From Calditrichia bacterium (GTDB taxonomy: Bacteria; Calditrichota; Calditrichia; JAJRVZ01): DNA of 64,000 nucleotides. The translations under genes were made by a program, and so were the position numbers. Positions 1 through 9,474 of the stretch are shown here, one piece after another. The first letter of the stretch is position 1, and each line of letters opens with the position of its first letter. The stretch is taken from assembly GCA_963796965.1 (NCBI GenBank), contig CAWCNS010000004.1:960001-1024000 (forward strand). Reading direction: 5' to 3'. The notes under the pieces are model-generated. The model did not search any database. It saw only the letters and a program-made list of their open reading frames with translations, and was not told the origin of the DNA.

Positions 1-120
1 AAGCGCAAGGTATGCAAAGGAAAATAATAAATAATATCAGTCGGGAAACCAATCTGGTTGCCGGTTAACAAAATACAAAAAGAGTAACAATCGCTTAATT
101 GAAAATATGATAATAGTTTT

Positions 121-320
121 AATGCCCCAAAGGGGCAATAGCAAAAGCATAGGGCAACGCCCTATGTAAAAAAAACATATCATAAATTAGCCCTGAAAGG
201 GCGAAAGCGAAAGTGTTCTTTTGTATCAAAAGTATATGTACATATAATATTTAGTACCAAAAACCGACAAAACCTTATTGATAATAGAATTTAAAAGTCA
301 CTATATGAATAGATCAGGCT
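121..320 (+). mobile_element. Degenerate IS200/IS605-like (Y1 HUH transposase) left end plus tnpA 5' remnant
   Basis: Three hairpins: GCCCC-AAA-GGGGC (124-136), CATAGGGC-AAC-GCCCTATG (148-166) and GCCCT-GAA-AGGGC (190-202). They are followed from 226 by a stop-interrupted frame SKVYVHIIFSTKNRQNLIDNRI*KSLYE*, matching the TnpA N-terminal H-x-x-F-S-T-K-x-R motif. A near-identical left end occurs at 16574. Confidence 0.75.
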
Positions 321-344
321 AGTACATTAACTTGAGGGAAAAAT

Positions 345-1586
345 ATGAAACCACCAGAAATTGATACGCTATTAAAAAAAATATCTGAATTAGAGGATGA
401 GGGTGTCGGATTAATGAAGGAGTTGATTGCGATTAATGCCGTAGGTCCTGTGAATGATGGACCGGGAGAGACAGAGATCGCCTCTTTCTTAAATTCATAT
501 TTAGAGAGAACAAAGTTTTCCAATATTAAAAATTATCCTTCACCTGATAGTAGAATGAAGAACGGAGAGCGTCCAAATATCGTTACCCTCATCGAAGGGC
601 ATAATTCCGATAAAACGCTCTGGATTTTATCCCATACTGATATCGTTCCAGCGGGAGATCTTTCCAAATGGGATACAGATCCTTTTACACCTGTGATTAA
701 AGATGGTAAAATATTTGGACGGGGAAGCGAAGATAATCACCAGGGGAGTGTGTCCTCAATTATTATGGCGCGGGCTTTTTTGGAGACAGGTATTAAACCT
801 TCCATCAATATAGGATTAATTTTTATGGCTGATGAAGAAACGGGGAGTGACCATGGTCTCACCTATTTAATAGAAAACCATGGTGAATTATTTAAAAAGA
901 ATGACCTGTTTATTATTCCCGATGCGGGCGAACCGGATTCCACCATGATTGAAGTTGCAGAAAAGTCCATATTATGGATAAAGTTTAAGACTATCGGTCA
1001 TCAGGTTCATGCAAGCACACCGGAACAAGGAATAAATGCTTTTCGGGCTGCATCGAATCTTGTCGTTAAGCTTGATTCATTGCATCAGGTCTATAATGCC
1101 GGGGATGATGTATTCGCACCTCCCACATCAACATTTGAACCTACAAAAAAGGAATCCAATGTTCCCAATGTAAATACAATTCCTGGCGATGATGTTTTTT
1201 ATCTTGATTGCCGTATTTTACCGGATTACGATATAGACGAGGTATTAAATACCATTCGCAAGATGGCAGATGAGATTGAGGCATCTCATCAGGTGAAAAT
1301 CGAGATCAGTATGGAGCAAAAAGAACAGGCCGCCCCGGCAACACCAGTTTCTGCACCGATCGTGACATTATTGTCTCAGGCAATCAAGGAAATTTATGGC
1401 GTCGAGGCTAAACCTCAGGGTATAGGCGGGGGAACGGTTGCGGCGATTTTCCGGCGAAAGGGTTATCCGGTAGCTGTTTGGTCAACTCTGGATGATCTGG
1501 CACATCAACCCAATGAATATTGCAAGATCTCTAATATGATAAATGATGCGAAGGTCTTTGCCATTTGTGCACTGAGTGAGTCGTAG
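345..1586 (+). CDS. M20/DapE-ArgE family metallo-hydrolase (peptidase/desuccinylase-like)
   Basis: Motifs SHTDIVP, GRGSEDN, ADEETGS, HAS, NVNTIPG and AHQPNEY; GAGGG SD upstream. Confidence 0.9.
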   Translation: MKPPEIDTLLKKISELEDEGVGLMKELIAINAVGPVNDGPGETEIASFLNSYLERTKFSNIKNYPSPDSRMKNGERPNIVTLIEGHNSDKTLWILSHTDIVPAGDLSKWDTDPFTPVIKDGKIFGRGSEDNHQGSVSSIIMARAFLETGIKPSINIGLIFMADEETGSDHGLTYLIENHGELFKKNDLFIIPDAGEPDSTMIEVAEKSILWIKFKTIGHQVHASTPEQGINAFRAASNLVVKLDSLHQVYNAGDDVFAPPTSTFEPTKKESNVPNVNTIPGDDVFYLDCRILPDYDIDEVLNTIRKMADEIEASHQVKIEISMEQKEQAAPATPVSAPIVTLLSQAIKEIYGVEAKPQGIGGGTVAAIFRRKGYPVAVWSTLDDLAHQPNEYCKISNMINDAKVFAICALSES

Positions 1587-1613
1587 GGGAATATCTTACT
1601 ACCATCATTAATG

Positions 1614-2732
1614 CATCCTCTACAAGGATGACGTATTTGCTTATGATTGCTTTGTTACAATAATTCATCCTCTATGAGGAGAGGTTGATTGGTTTATACA
1701 AGCTGTGTTATTAACCTCGTAGAGGTTTTATTTTTGTAGAAATCACATTACCCCAAAACATATAATCCTTCGGCTAAGCATGTACATTAATAAAATGTCA
1801 AATGTCCAAGCCCAAATGCCAAATAAATTCCCAATGATTTAATGTCAAATTGAATTTACTTGTTTTTGATATTGTGATTTGGACATTTAATTGACATTTA
1901 GATTTGGTCATTTGACATTAAATGTGTGTGTCAGGATAAGATATAGATTGGTATTAATAAACACTGGGATTTCAATGGTTTTGTAAATCTTCTAAAGTAA
2001 AGATTTCCTCTACTTGCCTTATACCTTAATGCCGTATACTTATACCTTTTGTCCTATATTTGTTGGTAGCCTCATACTACACCATGAAAATACAACCTCT
2101 ACAAGGATGGAGATATTCTTGATGCCTACTTTGTTACAATAATTCATCCTCTACGAGGAGAGGTTTATTGGTTTATACAAGACTGTGTTATTAACCTCGT
2201 AGAGGTTTTATTTTTGTAGAAATCACATTACCCCAAAACATATAATCCTTCGGCTAAGCATGTACATTAATAAAATGTCAAATGTCCAAGCCCAAATGCC
2301 AAATAAATTCCCAATGATTTAATGTCAAATTGAATTTACTTGTTTTTGATATTGTGATTTGGACATTTAATTGACATTTAGATTTGGTCATTTGACATTA
2401 AATGTGTGTGTCAGGATAAGATATAGATTGGTATTAATAAACGCTGGGATTTCAATGGTTTTGTAAATCTTCTAAAGTAAAGATTTCCTCTACTTGCCTT
2501 ATACCTTAATGCCGTATACTTATACCTTGTGTCCTATATTTGTTGGTAGCCTCATACTACACCATGAAAATACATCCTCTAAAAGGATGGGTTTGTGGTT
2601 TATGCATGTTATTACAATAATTTATCCTCTTCGAGGATATGATTTTAGATCTATCTTGATTATTAACCTCGTAGAGGTTTTATTTTTGTAGAAATCACAT
2701 TACCCCAAAACATATAATCCTCGTAGAGGATT
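1614..2732. repeat. 480-bp tandem duplication plus partial third copy, built from CCTC-(TAC/GTA)-GAGG REP-like hairpins and a heptamer inverted-repeat insert
   Basis: Sequence from about 1700 to 2090 recurs almost identically 480 bp later (e.g. 1741-1800 = 2221-2280). AACCTCGTAGAGGTT occurs at 1713, 2193 and 2665. ATCCTCTACGAGG-type reverse copies occur near 1615, 1667, 2095, 2146, 2574 and 2624. Confidence 0.95.
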
Positions 2733-3122
2733 CATAATTGGGGACGTCATATAAATGATGACATATTTTAAAGAATTTGTTCTAAAAAGGTAGTTAAATA
2801 TTTTCATTAATTGGTTTAAAATCTATCAAAACCAAATCTTTAAATTATTTCAAAATGGCATTTGCAATGTCATTCTTCCAAATTTTTTAACTCTTTTTAA
2901 TATAACTCCCCATTGGTAATTATCATATTCGGACTTCCATCTGTATAAATATTCAAAACCATAGCAAAATAACGCATGTTAATTAACTTGTGTGCATATA
3001 ATTTCATTATTGATATTTTAAGAAAATGGGTGCTTATAGCGGATATTTATGCCTTTAAATAATTGGCTCAGATCAACACTACGTGACTCCTAATCCAAAT
3101 ATTCTGGGATAGTAGTATTCGT

Positions 3123-3151
3123 TTGCATCTTGAATTACATTTTACTATATT
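3123..3151 (+). promoter_or_regulatory. Candidate sigma70 promoter
   Basis: TTGCAT-17 nt-TATATT about 490 bp upstream of the TonB receptor. AT-rich context, so a chance match is possible. Confidence 0.35.
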
Positions 3152-3368
3152 CACGGAACATTTACACCTACCTCACAAATGAATCAAAAGTTATTAAGCA
3201 GTCCTGTGCATTTGGAGCAACTATTTATGTCAGGATCGGCGGTGGATTTCCTCTTTATGGGAAGAGGAATTAATTTGAGGGTTAGCTTGATACAGGTGGT
3301 TTTTCAACAATTAATCAAAACTTAGGCAAACTTGATACTACGTAATTTCTGAGAGAAAGTTGCGCGGC

Positions 3369-3488
3369 ATAGGCATTTTTTTTCCTGCGGAAGTAGGCAA
3401 AATTTTGCCTACCCGGGAATATCGAGGATTTTACGCGTTGATATTCCTGTGTTTAGAGTCCACAACTTTTTTTGGTATTATATTTGTA
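3369..3488 (+). promoter_or_regulatory. Candidate sigma54 promoter with tandem upstream palindromic sites
   Basis: Perfect 20-bp palindrome GTAGGCAAAATTTTGCCTAC (3393-3412) and a 14/20 copy 24 bp upstream (3369-3388). TGGTAT-N5-TTGTA (GG-N10-GT) at 3473-3488. Confidence 0.5.
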
Positions 3489-3552
3489 CTAATAAATCCG
3501 GGGAATAATGACTTCCTTTCACTTTTAAAATAAATAACATACAAACATACAG

Positions 3553-3575
3553 AAGGAGGATGCTATATGACCTAA
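3553..3575 (+). other. SD-led minimal uORF (Met-Thr-stop)
   Basis: AAGGAGG (3553-3559), 7 nt spacer, then ATG ACC TAA (3567-3575). Confidence 0.45.
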
Positions 3576-3642
3576 CTTTCGTGTACCTTTTTTTATTTTT
3601 TTACCAAATCATTACTTAAAATGTTACTATGGAGGTAGTAGG

Positions 3643-6534
3643 ATGTTTAAGAAGTTATTTATACTTATGTTAGTTCTGACAATGGTACCCGCGGTTTTTG
3701 CCGGTACAACCGGAAAAATTGCCGGTGTTGTCAAGGACAAACAGACGGGTGAGCCTCTACCTGGTGTCAATGTCTTGATACAAGGTACTACCTTGGGCGC
3801 CTCAACTGACATCGATGGTTATTATGTAATCGTTAATGTTCCTGTTGGTGTACATGAACTGCAAGTATCATATATTGGATACAAAGATATTTTGATATAC
3901 AATGTTCGTGTCGTTGCAGATGCAACAACCCGGTATGATTTTGAGATGGACCAAACACTTCTTGAAGTATCAGAAGTGATTGAAGTTACAGCAGAGCGTG
4001 AACTGATAAGAGCGGATAATACCGCCTCACGTACCACGTATACGGCCGAGGTAATGAAATCTCAGCCAGTGACAAATGTTCAGAATACGGTTGCCTTAAC
4101 CGCGGGTGTTGTTGAAGGTTCCTTCCGTGGCGGTCGTACAGGTACTGGCGAAGTAAAATATCTGCTCGATGGAGTCGATATTTCTAATCCCATGGGTGAT
4201 GTTAACAGAGGGATGCAACCAGGCCAGGGTGATGATGAGATGGCGACAGACGTTATTGAAGGCGCCATTGAAGAAATGTCCGTCATTACCGGTGGCATGA
4301 GTGCCCAATATGATGCAAAATCTGCCGTTATTAATATGGTTAGCCGGGGTGGCGGATCAGAATTCAGTGGTTATATACGCACCACAATGACCCCAAGTGA
4401 ATATGGTGATGGTAATATCATAGGTTATAGCGCCGGTCAACCCACTGGTTACATGTCTGATGCAGAGGCCGTTGCTGAAGCACGTCAGGTTGGTACAGGT
4501 AGTGCCAATGTGAATGATGACTATTACGCTCAGCCGAGCAAACTTTTTCTCAATCCCAAATTCAGACGTTATGAAATTGGCTTTGGCGGTCCCGTCTCCC
4601 TCAAAGGATTTGGCGTCGGTGGCAATTTGACTTTTAATATTAGTGGTGACTTTTTTGACCAGGGTGGTTTTTATCGTGGACAATCCATGAAACAAGAAAC
4701 CTGGAATTTTAAAATGATCTACAACACGGCTTCCAATTCAACCTGGAGTTTGACCTACAATACATCGAATCGAGAACAAAGAAATTCGTCCCATACGTTT
4801 AGCCGTATTGTAACCACCGGTGATACGCTCTATGGTTACAATGCTGGCTCAGAGAAACCAAGCAAGGTTCTTGTTGGTAGTATTGTACATCCTGATGGCC
4901 GTCTCGAAGCGGTTCAAGATTACGATATGATGCAAAATATAAGGCGACCTGAATATAATAGTAATCTTTTAAATTTTACCTATAAAAACACCGTTTCCTC
5001 AAAAACATTTTTCGAGTTGGGGGTCAGTCGTTTTTATACTGCTGGAAAACATCGTACGTATGATCCGGCAACCGGTAAAGCCATAGGACTGGAGGATTTT
5101 CGCACAACCCGATTTGCCAGCCCGGCCAATGCTGAATTTTTTCCTCCGGGAGCACCAACTGCCCAGCTCGTCGAATCATACTGGTATGTTCTGCCAATGG
5201 TTACGGCAACAACACGTCAGGATGATGAGCAAACTGCCCTAACGTTCTCCGGTGATCTGGTCAGCCAGTTAAATGAGAACAACGAGTTACGTATTGGCGC
5301 CAAGTATGTGCAATGGGATATTTATGATAAATATGAAGGTTTCGCTTCCGGTGGTAATGAATACACCAGTTTTGTCGATCACCTGAAACCACGCAGACTT
5401 TCTATGTATGCAGAAGATAAGATCGAAACCGCAGGTATGATTCTTAATCTCGGATTGCGTTTTGACTGGTTTGATCCAAATGCGATTGTACCGGAAAATT
5501 TTGATGATCCGCTTAAAGAAGGTGCAAAAGATCCAAACAGTCCTCTTTATTTGGATCCAACATCTTCCGCAGAAGACCGGATCAAAAATCCAACGGCTGC
5601 TGATCAGGCTTTTAAATTATCTCCGCGCCTGGGAATTTCCTTCCCGATTACGGAAAGAGATGTCTTCCATGTGAATTATGGCCATTATTTTGGTATGCCA
5701 ATGCTTGGTCATCTCTATGATAATTATACCTGGTCTCTGCTGGGTGCTTTTAAGTATCTTGGCAATCCAAATCTTCAGCACGAAAAGATTATTTCCTATG
5801 AAGCAGGTATACAACATGCTTTTTCTGATGATGTTAAATTGGTTGTAACCGGTTTTTATAAGGATATCGCCGACCTCGTCAACAAAGAAAAATATGTTGA
5901 TGAAACCACAGGCGCCCCTTACTGGGTAAATATTAACGCTGATTATGCTGCTGTTACGGGTTTTGAGATTGGTGTGCGTACCAGGCGTGTTGCGAACTCA
6001 ATTCTTTATGTGAATTACACATTCTCCAGTGCCAAAGGAAAAAATTCAGATGCTGAACAGTCCTTTTTGGATGATTACCGCAACCGTCGTCCCAGAACGG
6101 ATGAATTCCCTCTGGATTGGGATGTAACACATACGGTATCTCTGAATTATGACTTCCGCATCCCTGAAAATTATTGGGGTAGTCAGTGGACTGATGATTG
6201 GGGACTAAACTTTGTTCTTACTTATAATTCTGGCCGTCCCTATACCTCAGCGAACACGGTACCGCCACCCTATCTTCCGGCGGTTAATGATGAGAGATAT
6301 CCGGCCTGGACAAATGTTAATATGAGGATTTATAAGAATTTCAGGATTTGGGAATCAGTTAAATTTGGTGCCTATGTTGATGCCTTTAACCTGTTCAACA
6401 ATCGTGCCTTGCGTACAATTCAGAACACGGAACAATATGATCAGGGATTTGATGATGGTGATGGTACACAAAATGTCCCCTGGGCCTGGGCAACGCCGCG
6501 TGCTTTACGTTTAGGCTTTGAATTGTTGTTCTAA
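3643..6534 (+). CDS. TonB-dependent outer-membrane receptor with N-terminal carboxypeptidase-regulatory-like domain
   Basis: Signal peptide; GKIAGVVKD..GEPLPGVNV..GASTDIDGYY; plug motifs (FRGGR, YLLDG, TGGMSAQY); LSPRLGISFP; GNPNL; C-terminal Phe; GGAGG SD. Confidence 0.92.
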   Translation: MFKKLFILMLVLTMVPAVFAGTTGKIAGVVKDKQTGEPLPGVNVLIQGTTLGASTDIDGYYVIVNVPVGVHELQVSYIGYKDILIYNVRVVADATTRYDFEMDQTLLEVSEVIEVTAERELIRADNTASRTTYTAEVMKSQPVTNVQNTVALTAGVVEGSFRGGRTGTGEVKYLLDGVDISNPMGDVNRGMQPGQGDDEMATDVIEGAIEEMSVITGGMSAQYDAKSAVINMVSRGGGSEFSGYIRTTMTPSEYGDGNIIGYSAGQPTGYMSDAEAVAEARQVGTGSANVNDDYYAQPSKLFLNPKFRRYEIGFGGPVSLKGFGVGGNLTFNISGDFFDQGGFYRGQSMKQETWNFKMIYNTASNSTWSLTYNTSNREQRNSSHTFSRIVTTGDTLYGYNAGSEKPSKVLVGSIVHPDGRLEAVQDYDMMQNIRRPEYNSNLLNFTYKNTVSSKTFFELGVSRFYTAGKHRTYDPATGKAIGLEDFRTTRFASPANAEFFPPGAPTAQLVESYWYVLPMVTATTRQDDEQTALTFSGDLVSQLNENNELRIGAKYVQWDIYDKYEGFASGGNEYTSFVDHLKPRRLSMYAEDKIETAGMILNLGLRFDWFDPNAIVPENFDDPLKEGAKDPNSPLYLDPTSSAEDRIKNPTAADQAFKLSPRLGISFPITERDVFHVNYGHYFGMPMLGHLYDNYTWSLLGAFKYLGNPNLQHEKIISYEAGIQHAFSDDVKLVVTGFYKDIADLVNKEKYVDETTGAPYWVNINADYAAVTGFEIGVRTRRVANSILYVNYTFSSAKGKNSDAEQSFLDDYRNRRPRTDEFPLDWDVTHTVSLNYDFRIPENYWGSQWTDDWGLNFVLTYNSGRPYTSANTVPPPYLPAVNDERYPAWTNVNMRIYKNFRIWESVKFGAYVDAFNLFNNRALRTIQNTEQYDQGFDDGDGTQNVPWAWATPRALRLGFELLF

Positions 6535-6562
6535 CCAGGATATAGATGGAGGATATAATACA

Positions 6563-8383
6563 ATGAGAATAACTTTTAATACATGGTTCCGGATTGCTCT
6601 TGTTCTGGCGGTGAGTCTGTTGCTGGTAACCAGCATGGCCTTTGCCAAGAATAAAGACGCATCGGGTACTAATTCAAATAATTTAGCAAAACCGTCTGCA
6701 GCGGATGATATTGTTATCGCCGTTGGATCAGTACAAAACTATTTTACATCCAGCACCTTCACACCAGGAGGTGGTAGTGATGAACAATCATTCATTATTG
6801 GGGATGATGGTCTTCACGAGCCGTCGATGGTATGGCTGGAAGGTGGCTATGCCGAAAATCATTATCTTTATTACGGTAAATGTATGATGGCAACCGAGAA
6901 TAATGAGGTTCGTTTTAGTACACTCGATACGGATGACTGGGAAACATACTTGAACGATCCGCAAGCGGTCGCTCCTGCAGTTGTCACATTTACACTAAAT
7001 GACAATGTTACTTCACAAACCCTTAAAAAGGGTATTACAGCCAGACAGACGATATATGCCTGGTCGGAAAGTTACCGTGACGACTTCTATATTTTGGAGT
7101 ACGACATCACCAATACCGGCGCTTCGTCCTTCACTGATTTTTATGTATTTCAAGTACATGATGCTGATATTTCCACCGCTGGTGGTGGATCGGGTAGCCT
7201 TGCCTATTCCCGTGATGATGTGCCTTCTTATTATCTGGGTACAGATCTCAATGGGGAGCCGGAACATCTCTCATTTATGTATGATGGTGATAATCCGGAT
7301 ATTGCCGGTGATGATACGGGTGGTAGCAGAACACCAAAAGAAGCGACCGGTTATATTGGATCAAGAATTCTCGAATCTCCTCCTATTGTTGGGGATACGG
7401 ACAGTTCAACCGCCAATACACAATCCGGTCACCAATGGTGGGATTGGAACTCAGATCCCCAGCTTGGCGGCGACTTCTATAATCTCTGTGCTTTAAATGA
7501 GATGAAAGCTGATCCCGGTTCTCCCCATGATTACCGGTATATGCAGATCACCGGACCTTTTGAATTAGAACCAAATCAAACGATTAAAGTCGTATTTGCC
7601 TATGGAATTGGTGAAGGTTTAGAAGGATTACGCACCAATTTACAATGGGCTTATGATCTGTACTGGAATGACTGGCAGGGTCCTGCAGCACCCACTGCGC
7701 CAAACATGGCTTTAGAATCTAGTCAGGGCATGGTCACAGTGACCTGGGACAGTGTCTCCGAGCATTCCAGAGATCCTCTGACGGGTGAAAAAGATTTTCA
7801 GGGCTATCGTCTCTATCGCAGCCTTGATAGATCCCAATGGACCTTGTTGGCAGAATGGGATCGTGTAGATAATATTGGGGCCAATACAGGGTTGCCGGTA
7901 TTTAACGCGAACGGTCTTTATGAATATACGGATACAGATGTTACAGATGGATTCCTCTACTATTACTCTGTTTCTTCATATGATAACGGATCTTCTGATC
8001 TGCCTTCATTAGAAAATGGTAAAAGAGTAGACTATTCGACTCAACCTGGAGCAGGCAATACAGGCTCTGTGGTTGATGAGGATAAAATTCGTGTTGTACC
8101 GAATCCCTTTGTCGTAAAAGCACCATGGGATTTCACCCCGACAACAGACAATCCTGCTGAAGAAAGACTTCAATTCCAGAATATACCGGATGATTCCAAG
8201 GTTACCGTATTCTCCCTCGCGGGTGATATGATAATTGAACTCTATCAAGAGGGGGATCAGGGCTGGATTGACTGGGATTTGATTACACGAAACAGGCAGA
8301 AGATAGTTAGCGGTCTATACTTGTACGTTGTTGAACCCCCTCAGGGTGATAACTTCGTGGGCAAATTTGTGGTCATACGCTAA
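6563..8383 (+). CDS. Secreted acidic protein with FN3-like domain and T9SS type-A-like C-terminal sorting domain
   Basis: Start moved to ATG 6563 (GGAGG at 6548); signal peptide; VTVTWD...FQGYRLYRS...YYYSVSSYD; C-terminus VVPNPF...WDLITRNRQKIVSGLYLYVVE...GKFVVIR. Confidence 0.8.
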   Translation: MRITFNTWFRIALVLAVSLLLVTSMAFAKNKDASGTNSNNLAKPSAADDIVIAVGSVQNYFTSSTFTPGGGSDEQSFIIGDDGLHEPSMVWLEGGYAENHYLYYGKCMMATENNEVRFSTLDTDDWETYLNDPQAVAPAVVTFTLNDNVTSQTLKKGITARQTIYAWSESYRDDFYILEYDITNTGASSFTDFYVFQVHDADISTAGGGSGSLAYSRDDVPSYYLGTDLNGEPEHLSFMYDGDNPDIAGDDTGGSRTPKEATGYIGSRILESPPIVGDTDSSTANTQSGHQWWDWNSDPQLGGDFYNLCALNEMKADPGSPHDYRYMQITGPFELEPNQTIKVVFAYGIGEGLEGLRTNLQWAYDLYWNDWQGPAAPTAPNMALESSQGMVTVTWDSVSEHSRDPLTGEKDFQGYRLYRSLDRSQWTLLAEWDRVDNIGANTGLPVFNANGLYEYTDTDVTDGFLYYYSVSSYDNGSSDLPSLENGKRVDYSTQPGAGNTGSVVDEDKIRVVPNPFVVKAPWDFTPTTDNPAEERLQFQNIPDDSKVTVFSLAGDMIIELYQEGDQGWIDWDLITRNRQKIVSGLYLYVVEPPQGDNFVGKFVVIR

Positions 8384-8417
8384 CTGAATTGAGCGGAAAA
8401 ATTAGGAGGTTTAAATA

Positions 8418-9437
8418 ATGAAAAAAATTGCCTTAATAGTTTTGGTCATCTTGCTGGCTGCTTCTACCGGTTTCGGTCAATTTGCCAAAGTGGGAACCGC
8501 AGGGATGAAGTTTCTTGACATCTCTATGGCTACACGCGGCGTCGGAATGGGTAATGTGTTTGCAGCTTTTGCTGATGATGCCAGTACATTGTTTTGGAAT
8601 CCTGCCGGTATGGAAAACTTAGCGACAGGAGAAGCTTGGGCAGGTATGGTTTCCTGGCCGGCTGATATATATTTACATGCTGCTTCTGCGGTTTTAAAAG
8701 CAGGTGATATCGGACATTTTGGTGTCAGTTTCAGGTTTTTAGATGTGGGATTGATGACCGAGACCGATGTATTTAATCCGGCCGGAAATGGCGGTACCTT
8801 TGGTGTAGCCAGCTGGGCTGCAGGTATTTCTTATTCCCGGTCCCTAACAGAAAGATTTGCTCTGGGTATTACATTTAACTATATCCAGGAGCAATTGGCT
8901 TCCTGGACAGAAAATACCTGGGCCTTTGATCTTGGTGGTTATTATAACACCGGTTTTCAAGGTATAACACTTGGCTTCTCAATCCTGAATTTTGGTCCTG
9001 CCATGCGGTTTGAAATTGATGATGACCGTGATGGAAGTATTGACGAAGATAAATTGGATGGTGAAGACAATGATGGTGATTTGTTAGTTGATGAGGATGT
9101 TGAACAAGCGGATGTACCAACACCGATTAATTTTAAATTCGGTATCAAAATGCCACTTATCACCTCAGGTGATAGCAAACTTGATATTGGTGCGGAAGTA
9201 GTGCATCCTGCTGATAATACAGAATCCTATAATATAGGCGCGGAATACTGGTTCATGAATATGCTGGCCGTACGAGGTGGCTATGCTATAAATGAAATAG
9301 AAGGAAGTGGTTTTTCTGCAGGTGCAGGATTCAATCTGAATGTCAGCGGTGACATGGCTATTTATATTGATTATGCCTATCAGGATATGGGTATATTAAC
9401 CACAGCTCATCGCGCATCAATCGGCTTCTCATTTTGA
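8418..9437 (+). CDS. PorV/PorQ (UPF0164, FadL-like) family beta-barrel protein
   Basis: KVGTAGMKFLDI..RGVGMG..DASTLFWNPAG N-terminal signature, amphipathic strands, IDYAY, C-terminal GFSF; acidic DxDxDG insertion. Confidence 0.85.
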   Translation: MKKIALIVLVILLAASTGFGQFAKVGTAGMKFLDISMATRGVGMGNVFAAFADDASTLFWNPAGMENLATGEAWAGMVSWPADIYLHAASAVLKAGDIGHFGVSFRFLDVGLMTETDVFNPAGNGGTFGVASWAAGISYSRSLTERFALGITFNYIQEQLASWTENTWAFDLGGYYNTGFQGITLGFSILNFGPAMRFEIDDDRDGSIDEDKLDGEDNDGDLLVDEDVEQADVPTPINFKFGIKMPLITSGDSKLDIGAEVVHPADNTESYNIGAEYWFMNMLAVRGGYAINEIEGSGFSAGAGFNLNVSGDMAIYIDYAYQDMGILTTAHRASIGFSF

Positions 9438-9474
9438 TGAATGCTTATCTTAAATATTTTGGAGGAAGAATAGA

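Noticed and set aside
2494..2691. 65-aa ORF
   Set aside because: Lies wholly within the repeat cassette, has a TTG start and no SD.
1614..2732. CRISPR array
   Set aside because: The repeats are short hairpins in both orientations, spacing is irregular, the intervening sequences are duplicated rather than unique, and no cas genes are in the window.
3180..3460. Riboswitch (c-di-GMP-I, cobalamin or TPP) in the TonB receptor leader
   Set aside because: Hairpins and a GGCAAAC are present, but I could not match the full conserved cores by eye. An Rfam/Infernal scan would settle it.
6999..7496. 165-aa alternative-frame ORF and other short ORFs overlapping long genes
   Set aside because: They are shadows of well-supported genes, with no motifs or SD.
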